DNA of 64,000 nucleotides from Spirochaetota bacterium (GTDB lineage: Bacteria > Spirochaetota > UBA12135 > COTS27 > CAXSBA01): the NCBI GenBank assembly GCA_965224715.1, contig OZ245054.1:906411-970410 (forward strand). The letters are read 5' to 3'. The notes beneath the pieces are model-generated. The model worked only from the letters and a program-made list of their open reading frames with translations. It searched no databases and was not told the DNA's origin. The position numbers were made by a program, and so were the translations under genes. Below are positions 1 through 10,003 of the stretch, piece after piece; position 1 is the first letter of the stretch, and every line of letters begins with the position of its first letter.

Positions 1-745
1 GGAAAGGATGAGCCAGATCCCATCGGGGTAGAGTGTTAGTGGAGAAACGTCCATGAACCATCGCCATATGGGAGGTGAAAAGAGGATTTTTAAGGTCAAG
101 AAAATAGTCGCCAACTTGGATGGGAACTAATTGCCCTTTATAAACTATTTTATGTGTGGAGAGTGAACAGATATAAACTTTTTTAAAATCTTCTCCATCC
201 TTTTTAATTATTTTTTCAAATTGCCTTCGAGCTAAGAAGAGGCGGCGTTCGAAATAAAGAGGATCTTTTTTTAATCTATTTTTATTTTTAGACAGCTTGA
301 CAAATACTTGTTCAAAATTTGGTTCATTATAGGCGGGGATATTACCGATCAAATTTTTAGCAGTGGGAACAAATCGCCAACCCAATACTTTCATTCCCCA
401 GTTTTCCAAACATTTTTTTAATATTTTTTTATAATATTGGGCTATTCCAGAATCGTGTTTATCAAAAAACATCACTTGTCCGACTCCATAATTTCTAGAA
501 GTAGGTAGAGTGAAGTCAAGTTTTTCTGTTTCGCTGACAAAAAAGTCATGAGGAAGAGAAAACATGATTCCAGCTCCATCGCCAGAATTTCGTTCATCTC
601 CTACAGCGGTTCTATGGTTTAGATTGGTAAGTAAATCAATCCCTTGTTGAATAATTTTATGAGAACCCTCTCCTTTGACATTGCAAACAAAGCCAAAGCC
701 ACAGGAATCGTGTTCATATCGAGAATCGTATAAGCCCTGGTTCAT
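1..745 (-). CDS. gltB: Glutamate synthase (GOGAT) large subunit, N-terminal glutamine amidotransferase domain; partial, runs off window start
   Basis: Minus-strand translation from ATG (rc of 743-745) gives MNQGLYDSRYEHDSCGFGFVCNVKGEGSHKII...MAMVHGRFSTNTLPRWDLAHPF, matching the class-II amidotransferase N-terminus and the GltB 'HSRFSTNTFPSW' motif. The frame stays open to position 1. It is absent from the ORF track because it is truncated by the window edge. Confidence 0.8.
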   Translation of the reverse strand, partial: MNQGLYDSRYEHDSCGFGFVCNVKGEGSHKIIQQGIDLLTNLNHRTAVGDERNSGDGAGIMFSLPHDFFVSETEKLDFTLPTSRNYGVGQVMFFDKHDSGIAQYYKKILKKCLENWGMKVLGWRFVPTAKNLIGNIPAYNEPNFEQVFVKLSKNKNRLKKDPLYFERRLFLARRQFEKIIKKDGEDFKKVYICSLSTHKIVYKGQLVPIQVGDYFLDLKNPLFTSHMAMVHGRFSTNTLPRWDLAHPF

Positions 746-902
746 AGTGATGAATCTTAACTATAGTATAATTATATTAACATAATTATGATACTTTTTA
801 TATAATATCTTATAAAGAGGAAATTTCTTAAGTTTTTTTGTTTTGGAAATTAAATGTAATTATGTGAAGTTATATTGATTAATTAAATAGGCTAATGCTA
901 AA

Positions 903-1691
903 ATGACCAATAAGTTTAATATTTTTCATCTTTTTGAAGAAAAAATGTATCAACTAATTTTTAAAATTTCATCAAAATCAATTAAAAGTTTATTTTTGAA
1001 GTTAATCGTTTCCTTGATTTTTATTTCAGTGGTTATTGGTTGTTCTGTAGATGACCCTAGTTCTATAAGTCCTAGAACAACGCCTCTTTCTACGATTACT
1101 GTTACCAGTGATGATTTTAGTGATGGAGAGTCGCTTTCGGTCATCCACTACGGTACTAATCTTACTAATACAATATTTGCCAAAACAAATGGTGCTTTAA
1201 ACATTTCCCCCCATTTAAGTTGGACAAAAACTAATGATGATGTCAAAAGTTTTATTGTTATAATGATAGAGACTAATGCTTCATTTACTTCACTTATAAG
1301 TGCTAATCCTACTCTTTATTGGTTTCGAACAGGAATTACCAATAATAAGTTGTCCCAAGGGGTGGGAAGTAGTAATCAAGCTAATAATCAGGGATTAACT
1401 ACATTTGCTCAAATTGGCTATTCAAATAAAATGTATTTTGGGCCTCAACCAGCTATTGGTTCTGCATCTAATAATTATGACTTCGTTGTTTTTGGAATTG
1501 ATTCGAATTTGGATATAAGCGGTATGGATGATGATACATTGGTGAGTATTGAAAGTCAGATATTGAATATTTATAATGATTACAAAGTTGGAAATGCATT
1601 TGTAAAATTAATTTTCATGATTTCAGGTAAATCTGTATCATTTTTCCAAGTATTATCTATTGGTAAGATCACAGCTATTGCAAAACCTTAA
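903..1691 (+). CDS. Putative lipoprotein, diverged YbhB/YbcL (PEBP-like) family. The true start is probably the Met at 945 (MYQLIFK...VVIGCS lipobox)
   Basis: Lys-rich n-region, hydrophobic core and VIGC lipobox. The body (NISPHLSWTKTNDDVKSFIVIMIE...YFGPQPAIGS) resembles the PEBP/YbhB pattern SPxLxW...KSFxLxM...YxGPxPP. Confidence 0.4.
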   Translation: MTNKFNIFHLFEEKMYQLIFKISSKSIKSLFLKLIVSLIFISVVIGCSVDDPSSISPRTTPLSTITVTSDDFSDGESLSVIHYGTNLTNTIFAKTNGALNISPHLSWTKTNDDVKSFIVIMIETNASFTSLISANPTLYWFRTGITNNKLSQGVGSSNQANNQGLTTFAQIGYSNKMYFGPQPAIGSASNNYDFVVFGIDSNLDISGMDDDTLVSIESQILNIYNDYKVGNAFVKLIFMISGKSVSFFQVLSIGKITAIAKP

Positions 1692-1752
1692 TCCTACTTA
1701 TAGTGAAGTTACTAAAATACTTGGACTTATAAAATCGAATAATCGATAAATA

Positions 1753-2685
1753 ATGACTGAAATTCAATCCAAATTATTTGTAGCTGGTTATACATTTATA
1801 GAGTTGCTATTGGAACTGAGTACTTTGTTTATCGTGATCAGCTTTTTTGTCGCCATACTTAACCAAAAAATATCGAAAAAGAAAATTCAAAAAATACTAG
1901 GAGCAAATAAAGGAGGGTATTTTGTAGCTGCTGGATTGGGTGCTATCACTCCATTTTGTAGTTGTTCGACAATTCCGATGCTTGTTGGATTATTAAAAGC
2001 TCGGGCTGCCTTTGGCCCGTTGATGACATTTTTGTTGACCTCCCCCCTGTTGAATCCAATCATCGTTGTCTTATTTATTCCTGTTTTGGGAGTCAATGCA
2101 ACCATTATATATGGCTTGTTGGCATTAGCTTTATCGATTACTGCTGGTATGTTATTACAGTTTTTAGGTTTTAAAAAATTTATATATGAAGGTATAATTA
2201 CCCCCAGTCAATGTAGTGATAGTAAGAAATGTGATACGAATAATGAGGGAGTAGCTGCATATCAATCTACAAGAAATATATATAAGAATGCTTGGAAAGA
2301 AAGCATTAGCTTGTTTAAATCAATTTTTCCCTATTTATTTATTGCAATGATTATCGGGGGACTTGTAACCGGTTTTGTTCCCAATGAATTTTTTTCTGAA
2401 ATTGCTGGTGTCGGTAATATCATGGCGGTCCCAATCGCTGCCATAATCGGAATCCCTCTCTATGTTCGTGTGACCTCGCTTATCCCATTAATAGGAGCGT
2501 TCATCGCAAAAGGAGTGAGTGTAGGTGCGATCGTTGCTCTGATTATTGGTGCTGGGGGAGCAAGCTTACCAGAACTTATATTACTCAAAAAAATATTTAG
2601 GTGGCCATTGTTATTAGCATTCTTGTGTATGATTTTTTTCATTGCAATTATTGGTGGATACACATTTAATCTATTTTTAATCTAA
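1753..2685 (+). CDS. UPF0718/DUF318 family permease (YraQ-like) with conserved CxC motif
   Basis: Polytopic membrane protein with the hallmark 'PFCSCSTIPM' motif of COG0701 permeases. Confidence 0.6.
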   Translation: MTEIQSKLFVAGYTFIELLLELSTLFIVISFFVAILNQKISKKKIQKILGANKGGYFVAAGLGAITPFCSCSTIPMLVGLLKARAAFGPLMTFLLTSPLLNPIIVVLFIPVLGVNATIIYGLLALALSITAGMLLQFLGFKKFIYEGIITPSQCSDSKKCDTNNEGVAAYQSTRNIYKNAWKESISLFKSIFPYLFIAMIIGGLVTGFVPNEFFSEIAGVGNIMAVPIAAIIGIPLYVRVTSLIPLIGAFIAKGVSVGAIVALIIGAGGASLPELILLKKIFRWPLLLAFLCMIFFIAIIGGYTFNLFLI

Positions 2686-2829
2686 ATTGATATTTAAACT
2701 TGTTCTGTACTTGCTTCTTGAGCATATCTTGAGCATGTTAGAAGATCTTAGTCTAAAGAAGAGGTGAGAATTAAGCCTAGAGCAAGTAGGATAATATCAA
2801 TGAATCAATTCATCCAACTCTTCTTGTCT

Positions 2830-3300
2830 TCCTGATTCCACCAAAAGAAAAGGGTTCCCATGGCACTGGGATTCCTACATTAACCTCTACCATTCCGGCT
2901 TTGAGTTCAGTTACCATTTTCTGAACTGTTCTTTTTTATGGCAGTAGGAATGATAAGAGGGGGGGGGGGGGGGGTGAGTATTATTTTCCTGCTTTCATGC
3001 TTTTGGCCTTCGTGACGATATTTTCCTTTTCAGCGAGAATTATGTAATTCTTAGCACTTCTATAGGTCATACCCATTTTAGGTTTTGTGCAGAACGTTTA
3101 TAGACCAATTTTGTCACAGGAGTAGATTCTAAAAACTAATCGCCAGAAGATGTTTCTTGAAAATATCCTAATTACCTACCATCAATCGGAGAAAAAATTT
3201 TATATTTCTTTTCACCTCTTACTTCTTTTCCTTCAATGAAATAAGGAAAAATTTGGTATGGATTATTACTTTTACTGTTAATAATGTCTATGATTTTCAT
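2830..3300 (-). pseudogene. Remnants of methylmalonate-semialdehyde dehydrogenase (iolA/mmsA, ALDH family): the N-terminal 35 codons and a C-terminal fragment survive, and the ~1 kb middle is missing
   Basis: Minus ORF from rc(3298-3300) is MKIIDIINSKSNNPYQIFPYFIEGKEVRGEKKYKIFSPIDGR* (ALDH N-terminal pattern YINGEWV...NPATGE). The minus frame at ~2830-2930 reads KRTVQKMVTELKAGMVEVNVGIPVPWEPFSFGGIRKT (MMSDH C-terminal 'GxNVPIPVPxxxFSFxG'). Only ~265 bp separates the two fragments and there are many stops. Confidence 0.45.
2959..2974. repeat. Homopolymeric G16 tract inside the decayed iolA region
   Basis: Direct count of sixteen consecutive G at 2959-2974. Confidence 0.9.
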
Positions 3301-3375
3301 GGTTTACTCCTGAATTAAAAACCTCTAATAACTGTCTTAATATTAACAAAATATTATTGTATAATATAGTAGGAG

Positions 3376-4413
3376 GTGATTATGAATAAAATTACTGTTC
3401 TTAATATAGGGGTGGTGGCAGCAGGTCGGATCGGTATGATACATGCTGAAAACATCCTTCGGATACCCGGTGTTCAACTCAAAACTGTTTTGGATAAATA
3501 CCGAAGAGGTGCAAAGCTCCGTAAATATAATAAAGAAATTCTTATTACTGATGATGAGAAAAAATTCTGGGAAGATCCGGAAATCACTGCTGTGGTAATT
3601 GCAGCTTCTTCTTCTGCCCATGTAAACTTAATCAAAAAGGCAGTTCATTATCGAAAACATATATTTTGTGAGAAGCCTGTAAGTTTTAAATCTCAGGAAT
3701 TATGGAAGTTATCTCAATGGGTGAAGAAGCATAGATTATTTTTTCAAGTAGGATTTAATCGTCGATTCGACCATCATTTCCGTCGGGTTAAGATGGCAAT
3801 GGAATGGGAACAGATCGGAAAAGTCTACATGATAAAAATAGTGAATCGAGACGCATTTCGTCCTCCATACTCATTTATCTCTAAATCGGGGGGACTTTTT
3901 TTTGACTTCAATTCTCATGATTTTGATATGATCCATTATCTCACTGGTGAGGATATTGAAGAGGTCTATGCTTATGGAGCCAACCTCATTGATCCAAAAA
4001 TAAGAAAGCTAGGAGACGTCGATACTGCTCTTATCAGTTTGAAACTGAAGGGAGGGGGATTGGCCTCCATCGATTGTAGCCGGGAAAGTGGCTATGGTTA
4101 TGATCAGCGTTTAGAAGTATTTGGATCTGAAGGGTCTGCTGAAACTGGGAATCTTCGTGAGGATACCGTACTTTTAAGTCGTCAACGTGGTATATCCATC
4201 GCCAAACCTAAGAATGATTTTATGATTCGCTATCAAGATGCGTATCGAACGCAAATAGAATCTTTTTTTAATCATCTTCGTTTATTCTTGCAGAAAAAAA
4301 AGGTTAATCCAGAAGTTACTGGTTTTGACGCGGCACGTGCGGTGGCAGTATCCGAAGCAGTAATGAAATCTTATCGAACTGGGAAAGCTCAGAAAGTTAT
4401 TTACCCCAAATAA
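3376..4413 (+). CDS. Gfo/Idh/MocA-family NAD(P) oxidoreductase, myo-inositol 2-dehydrogenase-like
   Basis: N-terminal Rossmann 'VLNIGVVAAGRIGMIHAENI', 'EKP' motif (FCEKPVS) and length typical of IolG-like dehydrogenases. RBS aggagg sits 7 nt upstream. Confidence 0.7.
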   Translation: MIMNKITVLNIGVVAAGRIGMIHAENILRIPGVQLKTVLDKYRRGAKLRKYNKEILITDDEKKFWEDPEITAVVIAASSSAHVNLIKKAVHYRKHIFCEKPVSFKSQELWKLSQWVKKHRLFFQVGFNRRFDHHFRRVKMAMEWEQIGKVYMIKIVNRDAFRPPYSFISKSGGLFFDFNSHDFDMIHYLTGEDIEEVYAYGANLIDPKIRKLGDVDTALISLKLKGGGLASIDCSRESGYGYDQRLEVFGSEGSAETGNLREDTVLLSRQRGISIAKPKNDFMIRYQDAYRTQIESFFNHLRLFLQKKKVNPEVTGFDAARAVAVSEAVMKSYRTGKAQKVIYPK

Positions 4414-4419
4414 TGCTAT

Positions 4420-4548
4420 ATGAAAATAGCATTATTTGGATGTGGTCGTATTGCTCAAATCCATCTTAAGAATATTTTACAAAATAGATGCTAGTTTAGT
4501 TGGAGTTGTTGATTTTCTTGAATTTTCAATTACCAGATAGGCTAATTG
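4420..4548 (+). pseudogene. Truncated and frameshifted second Gfo/Idh/MocA oxidoreductase (N-terminal ~45 codons only)
   Basis: MKIALFGCGRIAQIHLKNILQNRC*, then the +1 frame continues IDASLVGVVDFLEFSITR*. This is a typical MocA N-terminus cut short. Confidence 0.4.
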
Positions 4549-4682
4549 ATGAAGAGTACCGATATTAACCTCTGAACAGGTTCTCAGAGATAATGTATCC
4601 ATGGAGTTCTCATTGCTTCATCATCAGATACTTATCAAGAAATAATATTTTGTTTCAAAAATAATTAAAATATTGGTACTAA

Positions 4683-5357
4683 ATGTCAAAAGGAATATAT
4701 CATCGTGATGATTATTTTACAATAAAAGCACAAAGAGAGGGAGTTCGGGCAAGAAGTTATTATAAGCTAGAGGAAATCGATCGTAAATTCCAAATTTTTT
4801 CTCATTTAAACGAAAAAAACTGGGTATTAGACCTTGGCTGCAGTCCTGGTTCTTGGGTTCAATATGTTTTGAAGCAAACAAATGGCAAAGCCAACATTGT
4901 TGGAGTTGACCTTAAAGAAACCCAAAATTTTCCTGAATATACCAAGAAATTTCATTTTATTCAGGGTAATGTTGAAGAAATAACGGAATCTTCACTACTC
5001 CAGATCACTAAAAAGAGAAATTTTTCGGTAATTATGAGTGATATGGCTCCAAATACTACCGGTAATCCTGATCGAGATGCTTATTTATCCTATGAATTGG
5101 TATTACATAGTTGGGAGATAGTGAAAAACCTCTTTATTAGAGTTTCTAAGAAATTCCCTCAAGAGTCTTCACAAGAAGGAGTTTTTATTGCTAAATATTT
5201 TCAAGGAAAAGAAAGTATGAAACTTTTTAATCAACTCAGAAATGAAGTAAAGGATCTTAAGAAATCGATAAATTTATTTAATTTAGGGAAAGTAAAGTTA
5301 TTCAAACCTAGTTCCAGTCGAAAAAAATCTCGTGAAATTTATATCATTATTAAATAG
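4683..5357 (+). CDS. rlmE: 23S rRNA (uridine2552-2'-O)-methyltransferase RlmE/FtsJ
   Basis: YFTIKAQREGVRARSYYKLEEIDRKFQIF...VLDLGCSPGSWVQY matches the FtsJ family AdoMet motif. Confidence 0.8.
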   Translation: MSKGIYHRDDYFTIKAQREGVRARSYYKLEEIDRKFQIFSHLNEKNWVLDLGCSPGSWVQYVLKQTNGKANIVGVDLKETQNFPEYTKKFHFIQGNVEEITESSLLQITKKRNFSVIMSDMAPNTTGNPDRDAYLSYELVLHSWEIVKNLFIRVSKKFPQESSQEGVFIAKYFQGKESMKLFNQLRNEVKDLKKSINLFNLGKVKLFKPSSSRKKSREIYIIIK

Positions 5358-5469
5358 TTGATTATAAGTAACTATTTTTTAAATTTTATAGGTTTAAGTT
5401 TCGAATATATATGTATGAATAGAAAGATAGTACAGGAAGTACTATTAGTAAATTTTTCATGGAGGAAAA

Positions 5470-6330
5470 ATGATTATTAATTCAAATTTAAGTAGTATCA
5501 ATACTAACAGGGTAATGAAATTCCAGGCTGAAGAAAGTGATTTTCGGTTTCGGAATTTATCATCTGGTAAGAGGATAAATCGTGCCGGTGATGATGCTTC
5601 AGGTTTTGCGGTTTCAGCAAAAATGACTGGTCAAATCGAAGGTTTGGACCGAGCAGAAAAGAATGCTATGGATGGAATTTCCATGATTCAAACTGCGGAA
5701 GGCTATCTTCATGAAACGATCAATGTCATGAATAGGATCCGCGAGATAGCTATTCAAGCTGCTAACGGTGTTTATAGTGATGAAGATCGTCTTTATATTC
5801 ATGTAGAAGTTAGTCAGTTAGTTGCAGAAGTGGATAGGATTGCTCATTATGCGGAATTCAATGAATTAGCACTTCTTACAGGTAGATTCGCTAATGAAGA
5901 AGCTGGTGGGGTTCCTGCAAGCAGTATGTGGTTTCATATTGGAGCCAATCCTAATCAGAGAATCCGTGCTTTTATTGGGACTATGACTGCTTATGCATTT
6001 AATCTGAAGGATATTAATGACGATATTGCTATTTCTGTAAGTGCACCGTCTCAAGCAAACGATGCTTTGGAAGTGGTGGACAACTCACTGAAAAAGATCT
6101 TAAAACAATTGGCTGATCTTGGTGCTTATCAAAGTCGTTTAGAACATGTTACCAGAAGTTTAGCCGTAGGTAGCGAGAATCTGCAAGCTGCTCGGAGTCG
6201 AATTCGTGATGCTAATATGGCAGAAGAGGTATCAAAACTTTCAACTAGTCAAATTTTGTCTCAGTCGCAAGTTTCGGTTTTGGCTCAGTCCAATCAGAGA
6301 GCTCAGTCAGTTCTTCGTCTTCTTCAATAA
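5470..6330 (+). CDS. flaB: Flagellar filament core protein FlaB (spirochaete flagellin)
   Basis: 286 aa. MIINSNLS...RINRAGDDASGFAVS...IQAANGVYSDEDRLYIHVEVSQLVAEVDRIA...SSMWFHIGANPNQR...RIRDANMA closely parallels Treponema FlaB along its whole length. Confidence 0.9.
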   Translation: MIINSNLSSINTNRVMKFQAEESDFRFRNLSSGKRINRAGDDASGFAVSAKMTGQIEGLDRAEKNAMDGISMIQTAEGYLHETINVMNRIREIAIQAANGVYSDEDRLYIHVEVSQLVAEVDRIAHYAEFNELALLTGRFANEEAGGVPASSMWFHIGANPNQRIRAFIGTMTAYAFNLKDINDDIAISVSAPSQANDALEVVDNSLKKILKQLADLGAYQSRLEHVTRSLAVGSENLQAARSRIRDANMAEEVSKLSTSQILSQSQVSVLAQSNQRAQSVLRLLQ

Positions 6331-6361
6331 CTTTTTTCATACAAATTATTGGATACAATAT

Positions 6362-6398
6362 TCAAGCGGTAGATAATTTTGCCGCTTGAGTATTTTTA
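6362..6398 (+). terminator. Rho-independent terminator downstream of flaB
   Basis: tcaagcgg-(loop agataatttt)-ccgcttga, followed by a T-rich tract (gtattttta). Confidence 0.5.
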
Positions 6399-6415
6399 TT
6401 CATTTTTATTGAATT

Positions 6416-6724
6416 ATGGTAAAACAAGTTGTTATTATCTTAGACAGTTTTGGTTATACAGTTGGCTATAGTCCCTATCACACTGATGCAGATATAAAAA
6501 AATATGCTTCTAAAAAAGATAGAGTGTCTGGGAAAAATTTTTTTACAGTTTATTCTCCCGATGGCTATGTGGTGGGAAGAATTCATGATCTCGAAGAAAA
6601 TGATAAATTCAAAATATCCCACCTTAAAACAATTATCAGTTATTTTAAGATGTTTGAAATTTCCAACTCTAAAGCTATAGTGATAGAGTTAGAAAGAATT
6701 CTTGATAAATCGAAGAAAAAATAG
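6416..6724 (+). CDS. Hypothetical small protein
   Basis: ORF only; no recognisable motif. Confidence 0.25.
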   Translation: MVKQVVIILDSFGYTVGYSPYHTDADIKKYASKKDRVSGKNFFTVYSPDGYVVGRIHDLEENDKFKISHLKTIISYFKMFEISNSKAIVIELERILDKSKKK

Positions 6725-6844
6725 GATATTTTTACTTATAGGTTTGTAAGTTTTACCGAATTTTAATAAATAACATTTGATTATTTTGTTGTTTTACCAA
6801 TACGAATAATCATTCATGGATTTATGAAGACGATTTAAGAAATA

Positions 6845-8542
6845 ATGTTTAAGATTACTAAGTTAAAATTTGTTTTTTCACCTTTGATAGTATTACTTCA
6901 ATTCCTTTTTCTCTTTCCTTTAATAGTAGTAGCTTGGGGAAACCCTTTAATATTGGAGATCGAAAAAAAGATGAGTGCAGCATCGTTCCCTACTTATAGT
7001 AATACTCTTTCCTCTGATCCAAGATTTCTTGTAAAAAAGGATAAGAAAGATGTCCAACAAATGATCAAGATATCTTTTTTTCCAGAGAATTTAGAGTATC
7101 GGGAAGGTGATAGTTTTACTTTCCATGTAACCATTGAAAATAGCTCGACAAAAAAAGTTTTTTCCTATAAAAATTTTAATGAACCTTTCCAGCAGTTCTT
7201 ATTCACTATAAAAAAAGGGCATCAAGATTATTCCATTAAGCATTTGAATTATTATCGGTTTTTATATGATCGAAGTACTTATAGCGATAGTCATAGAGTT
7301 ATATCTTTAAATCCTCAAGAAAGTTATTCTAAGATGATATCCCTAGGAGCTTTTTTTAAATTTGATCGTCCTGGCTTTTATGAAATAACGGGGGAATTCT
7401 ATCCTTTGGGAATTTCAGAAAGTGATTATCGAATACCCATTCAACCTTTTGTTTTAAGGATTCATTCCCGTCAACAGTATTTGTCAGATATTAATAGTGA
7501 AAGTCTCTCTAAGAAAACTATTATAAAGCAAATACCTCAATTTATTGGGGGGCCAAATATATCAGATAATCAGATAGGTATTTCTAAATCAGTTAGAGAA
7601 GAGGGTAACAGGCGAATAACTCCTCTTTTCCCCGGTGAGGTAGTTCGAGATCATTTTAATCAAATTCGAACTCATGATTATGCTGGTTATTTAAAGAATT
7701 TAGAACTAGAGCAGCTTCTAATCAATAGTTATCAGTCCAGTGAGGTCTATTTACGTTATCAAGAAGCAAAGGTTTACGAAAAGGAAATTATTATTGAAGA
7801 TTTTAAAAAATTTCTGATTGAGAAAATCGACTATTCCTTAATAGACAGTATGGTTTTAAAGACTACTGTAATCAAAGATTCCGCAGTGGTGGAAGCTGTT
7901 ATGGCAGTAAGAGAACCATTTGAGGACTACCATCAAGGGATTGACCCTCACACTGGAGAGACTCAACCATTGTGGATTAAGGAATCGATAAACCGTTTAG
8001 AAAAATTTTATTATCTTACATTTGACTTAATGATGATTCCAGAGGTCGATAATAGTAAACCTTGGAAAATCATCAGCTATATAGTCCGATCTCTTTCAGT
8101 CGAACAGTATCAAAACTATAAAAGTCGTATTCCAAGCATTGGCAAGCCCGTATTGCCATTGATGTATTCTCAGGAACAACAGAATCAACAAATCGATGAT
8201 CGATTAAATCATGTAATTCATTTTGGTTATAATCAGTTTGTAATAGAACGAGGGTATTTACCTCAAATCGAAAAAGTTACCCAATTCTTGGTAGCTTATC
8301 CTGAATTACTGATTGAGCTTTATGGTCATACTGATGATAGAGGTGAGGAGGACTACAATTATGAATTATCCAAAGAACGGGTGGAATCGGTTGCTGACTA
8401 TTTAATAGCGGGTGGTGTAGAACTTAGTCGAATGCGGTTTTTTTATAAAGGGGAAAGTGAGCCTGTTACTTACGGTCAAACCGATGGCGATCGTCGGCTC
8501 AACCGAAGGGTTGAAATAAAAATTTTTAAACCCCAGTTTTAG
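6845..8542 (+). CDS. OmpA-family protein (signal peptide plus C-terminal OmpA peptidoglycan-binding domain)
   Basis: N-terminal hydrophobic signal. C-terminus YGHTDDRGEEDYNYELSKERVESVADYL...NRRVEIKI is the OmpA_C motif. Confidence 0.7.
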   Translation: MFKITKLKFVFSPLIVLLQFLFLFPLIVVAWGNPLILEIEKKMSAASFPTYSNTLSSDPRFLVKKDKKDVQQMIKISFFPENLEYREGDSFTFHVTIENSSTKKVFSYKNFNEPFQQFLFTIKKGHQDYSIKHLNYYRFLYDRSTYSDSHRVISLNPQESYSKMISLGAFFKFDRPGFYEITGEFYPLGISESDYRIPIQPFVLRIHSRQQYLSDINSESLSKKTIIKQIPQFIGGPNISDNQIGISKSVREEGNRRITPLFPGEVVRDHFNQIRTHDYAGYLKNLELEQLLINSYQSSEVYLRYQEAKVYEKEIIIEDFKKFLIEKIDYSLIDSMVLKTTVIKDSAVVEAVMAVREPFEDYHQGIDPHTGETQPLWIKESINRLEKFYYLTFDLMMIPEVDNSKPWKIISYIVRSLSVEQYQNYKSRIPSIGKPVLPLMYSQEQQNQQIDDRLNHVIHFGYNQFVIERGYLPQIEKVTQFLVAYPELLIELYGHTDDRGEEDYNYELSKERVESVADYLIAGGVELSRMRFFYKGESEPVTYGQTDGDRRLNRRVEIKIFKPQF

Positions 8543-8859
8543 CCTTACTTTTCTCTTTTTTCCATTTATAGATGATAGCTTATTAATGGTTAGTTAATAA
8601 AATTATATTATATAAAACTAAAATCAAAAGTGACAATAGACGAGGGTGAATTTGCCTCTAAGAAAACACATCAAATTCATTATCCTCTAAACCAGAGGTT
8701 TTCGGGTGATCATACTGAATCTAATGGTATCTATCAAGATGGGGTATTATTTTGTTTAAAATATAAATAATAGTTATATTGCTTTTTTTCTTTGCCTTCA
8801 TTGAGCAATGCTCTCAAACTTACGAGGATGGGAATTGTGTAATTAAAAGATATAAATGA

Positions 8860-9237
8860 TTAAATTTGATTAGTAGAAAGTAGGACGAGGGTACAGGCTT
8901 GGATGAAGGGTAATTGATGGCGATTAAATAAATTCAAGGCCATTGGGGTATCAGAGCCAGGATTTAAAATGATAATAAGTGAGTTCTGGGTATTAGTTAA
9001 ATAAATAATATCTTCAATTACACTTTCTAAAATCGGATAACTTAGATAGATTGACAGACAGTCAATCTTTCCAACTTCTTTTAAAGAAGGTATTACAGGT
9101 AAACCGTCTATTTCAGTATATTTGGGATTAACTAGAACTGGATCCAATCCTTGAGTTTGTGCCATGTGGATAGCTTTGTTGGAATATTTTTCTTTATTTG
9201 GAGAAACTCCTAAAATAGCTATTTTTTTCTTCAGCAT
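8860..9237 (-). CDS. CoA-binding domain protein (YccU-like)
   Basis: KKIAILGVSPNKEKYSNKAIHMAQTQGLDPVLVNPKY...IDCLSIYL fits the CoA_binding_2 pattern. Confidence 0.55.
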   Translation of the reverse strand: MLKKKIAILGVSPNKEKYSNKAIHMAQTQGLDPVLVNPKYTEIDGLPVIPSLKEVGKIDCLSIYLSYPILESVIEDIIYLTNTQNSLIIILNPGSDTPMALNLFNRHQLPFIQACTLVLLSTNQI

Positions 9238-9247
9238 GTTACAAAAA

Positions 9248-9859
9248 TTATCCTAGCCCAATAATCGCTAATTGACATATGCCGATAAAGAAACCCAAAA
9301 CTGCCCCACTCCATTCAACAAAACGAAATTCTCTTTTCAATACTGAACGAATAAGTTCTTCCATTTCTTTCATAGATAAGCTATTCAGATAATCGGTTAC
9401 CACTTTTTTAATATCTAAATTAGCTATAGCTTCATGTAAAAACTCATTTTTTATCGGACCTAAACCTTCCTTAAAATCAGATAGTAAACTTTCTTCAATA
9501 CTCTGAACCATATCTTCATTGACAAGTGCTGAAATAAGAGGAATTTTCTTGATTTTATTGTTAATAAGACCACCGATATATTTTTTTATATTACTGGTGA
9601 TCAGTTCGTCAAGTTTGGGATTTGCAGTAATTTGATCAATCAATTTTTCTTTATGAAGGAGATCATGAGCTATGATAGTTGACAGCTTTTCAATCAAAGC
9701 ATGTCTTCGCTTAGGAAAAATTCCTTGAATCTTTATAAAAAGAAAATTTCTCTCTTTGTAAGGACGGAACAACATTTTAACTGCCACATAATTGGTCATC
9801 CAACCGATAAATGATGAGATTAAAGGGATAGTAAAGTAATAAAGGGACAAATTAAACAC
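9248..9859 (-). CDS. DUF445 family membrane protein
   Basis: PLISSFIGWMTNYVAVKMLFRP resembles the DUF445 signature. Confidence 0.5.
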   Translation of the reverse strand: MFNLSLYYFTIPLISSFIGWMTNYVAVKMLFRPYKERNFLFIKIQGIFPKRRHALIEKLSTIIAHDLLHKEKLIDQITANPKLDELITSNIKKYIGGLINNKIKKIPLISALVNEDMVQSIEESLLSDFKEGLGPIKNEFLHEAIANLDIKKVVTDYLNSLSMKEMEELIRSVLKREFRFVEWSGAVLGFFIGICQLAIIGLG

Positions 9860-10003
9860 GTGGTTTAAACAACATTATTAAAACGTTAATAAAAAATTTG
9901 ATTAAAAGGTATCTTACAAAGATTACCTATTAACCAAATTTCAGAATTTTTGATACTTCTTTTTCAAAAAATCGAAAAAGAGAAAACAATAAATAGCAAA
10001 AAG

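Noticed and set aside
950-1144. Short antisense and internal ORFs throughout (e.g. 950..1144, 1887..2105, 12552..12797, 16639..16932, 20139..20426, 39384..39722, 44879..45340, 47408..47659, 50931..51518, 56049..56312, 58879..59133)
   Set aside because: Each lies wholly inside a longer ORF with clear family motifs on the other strand or frame. They are treated as spurious.
3343-3621. 92-aa minus-strand ORF overlapping the start of the iolG-like gene
   Set aside because: It is antisense to a well-supported dehydrogenase gene, has low-complexity composition, and has no motif.
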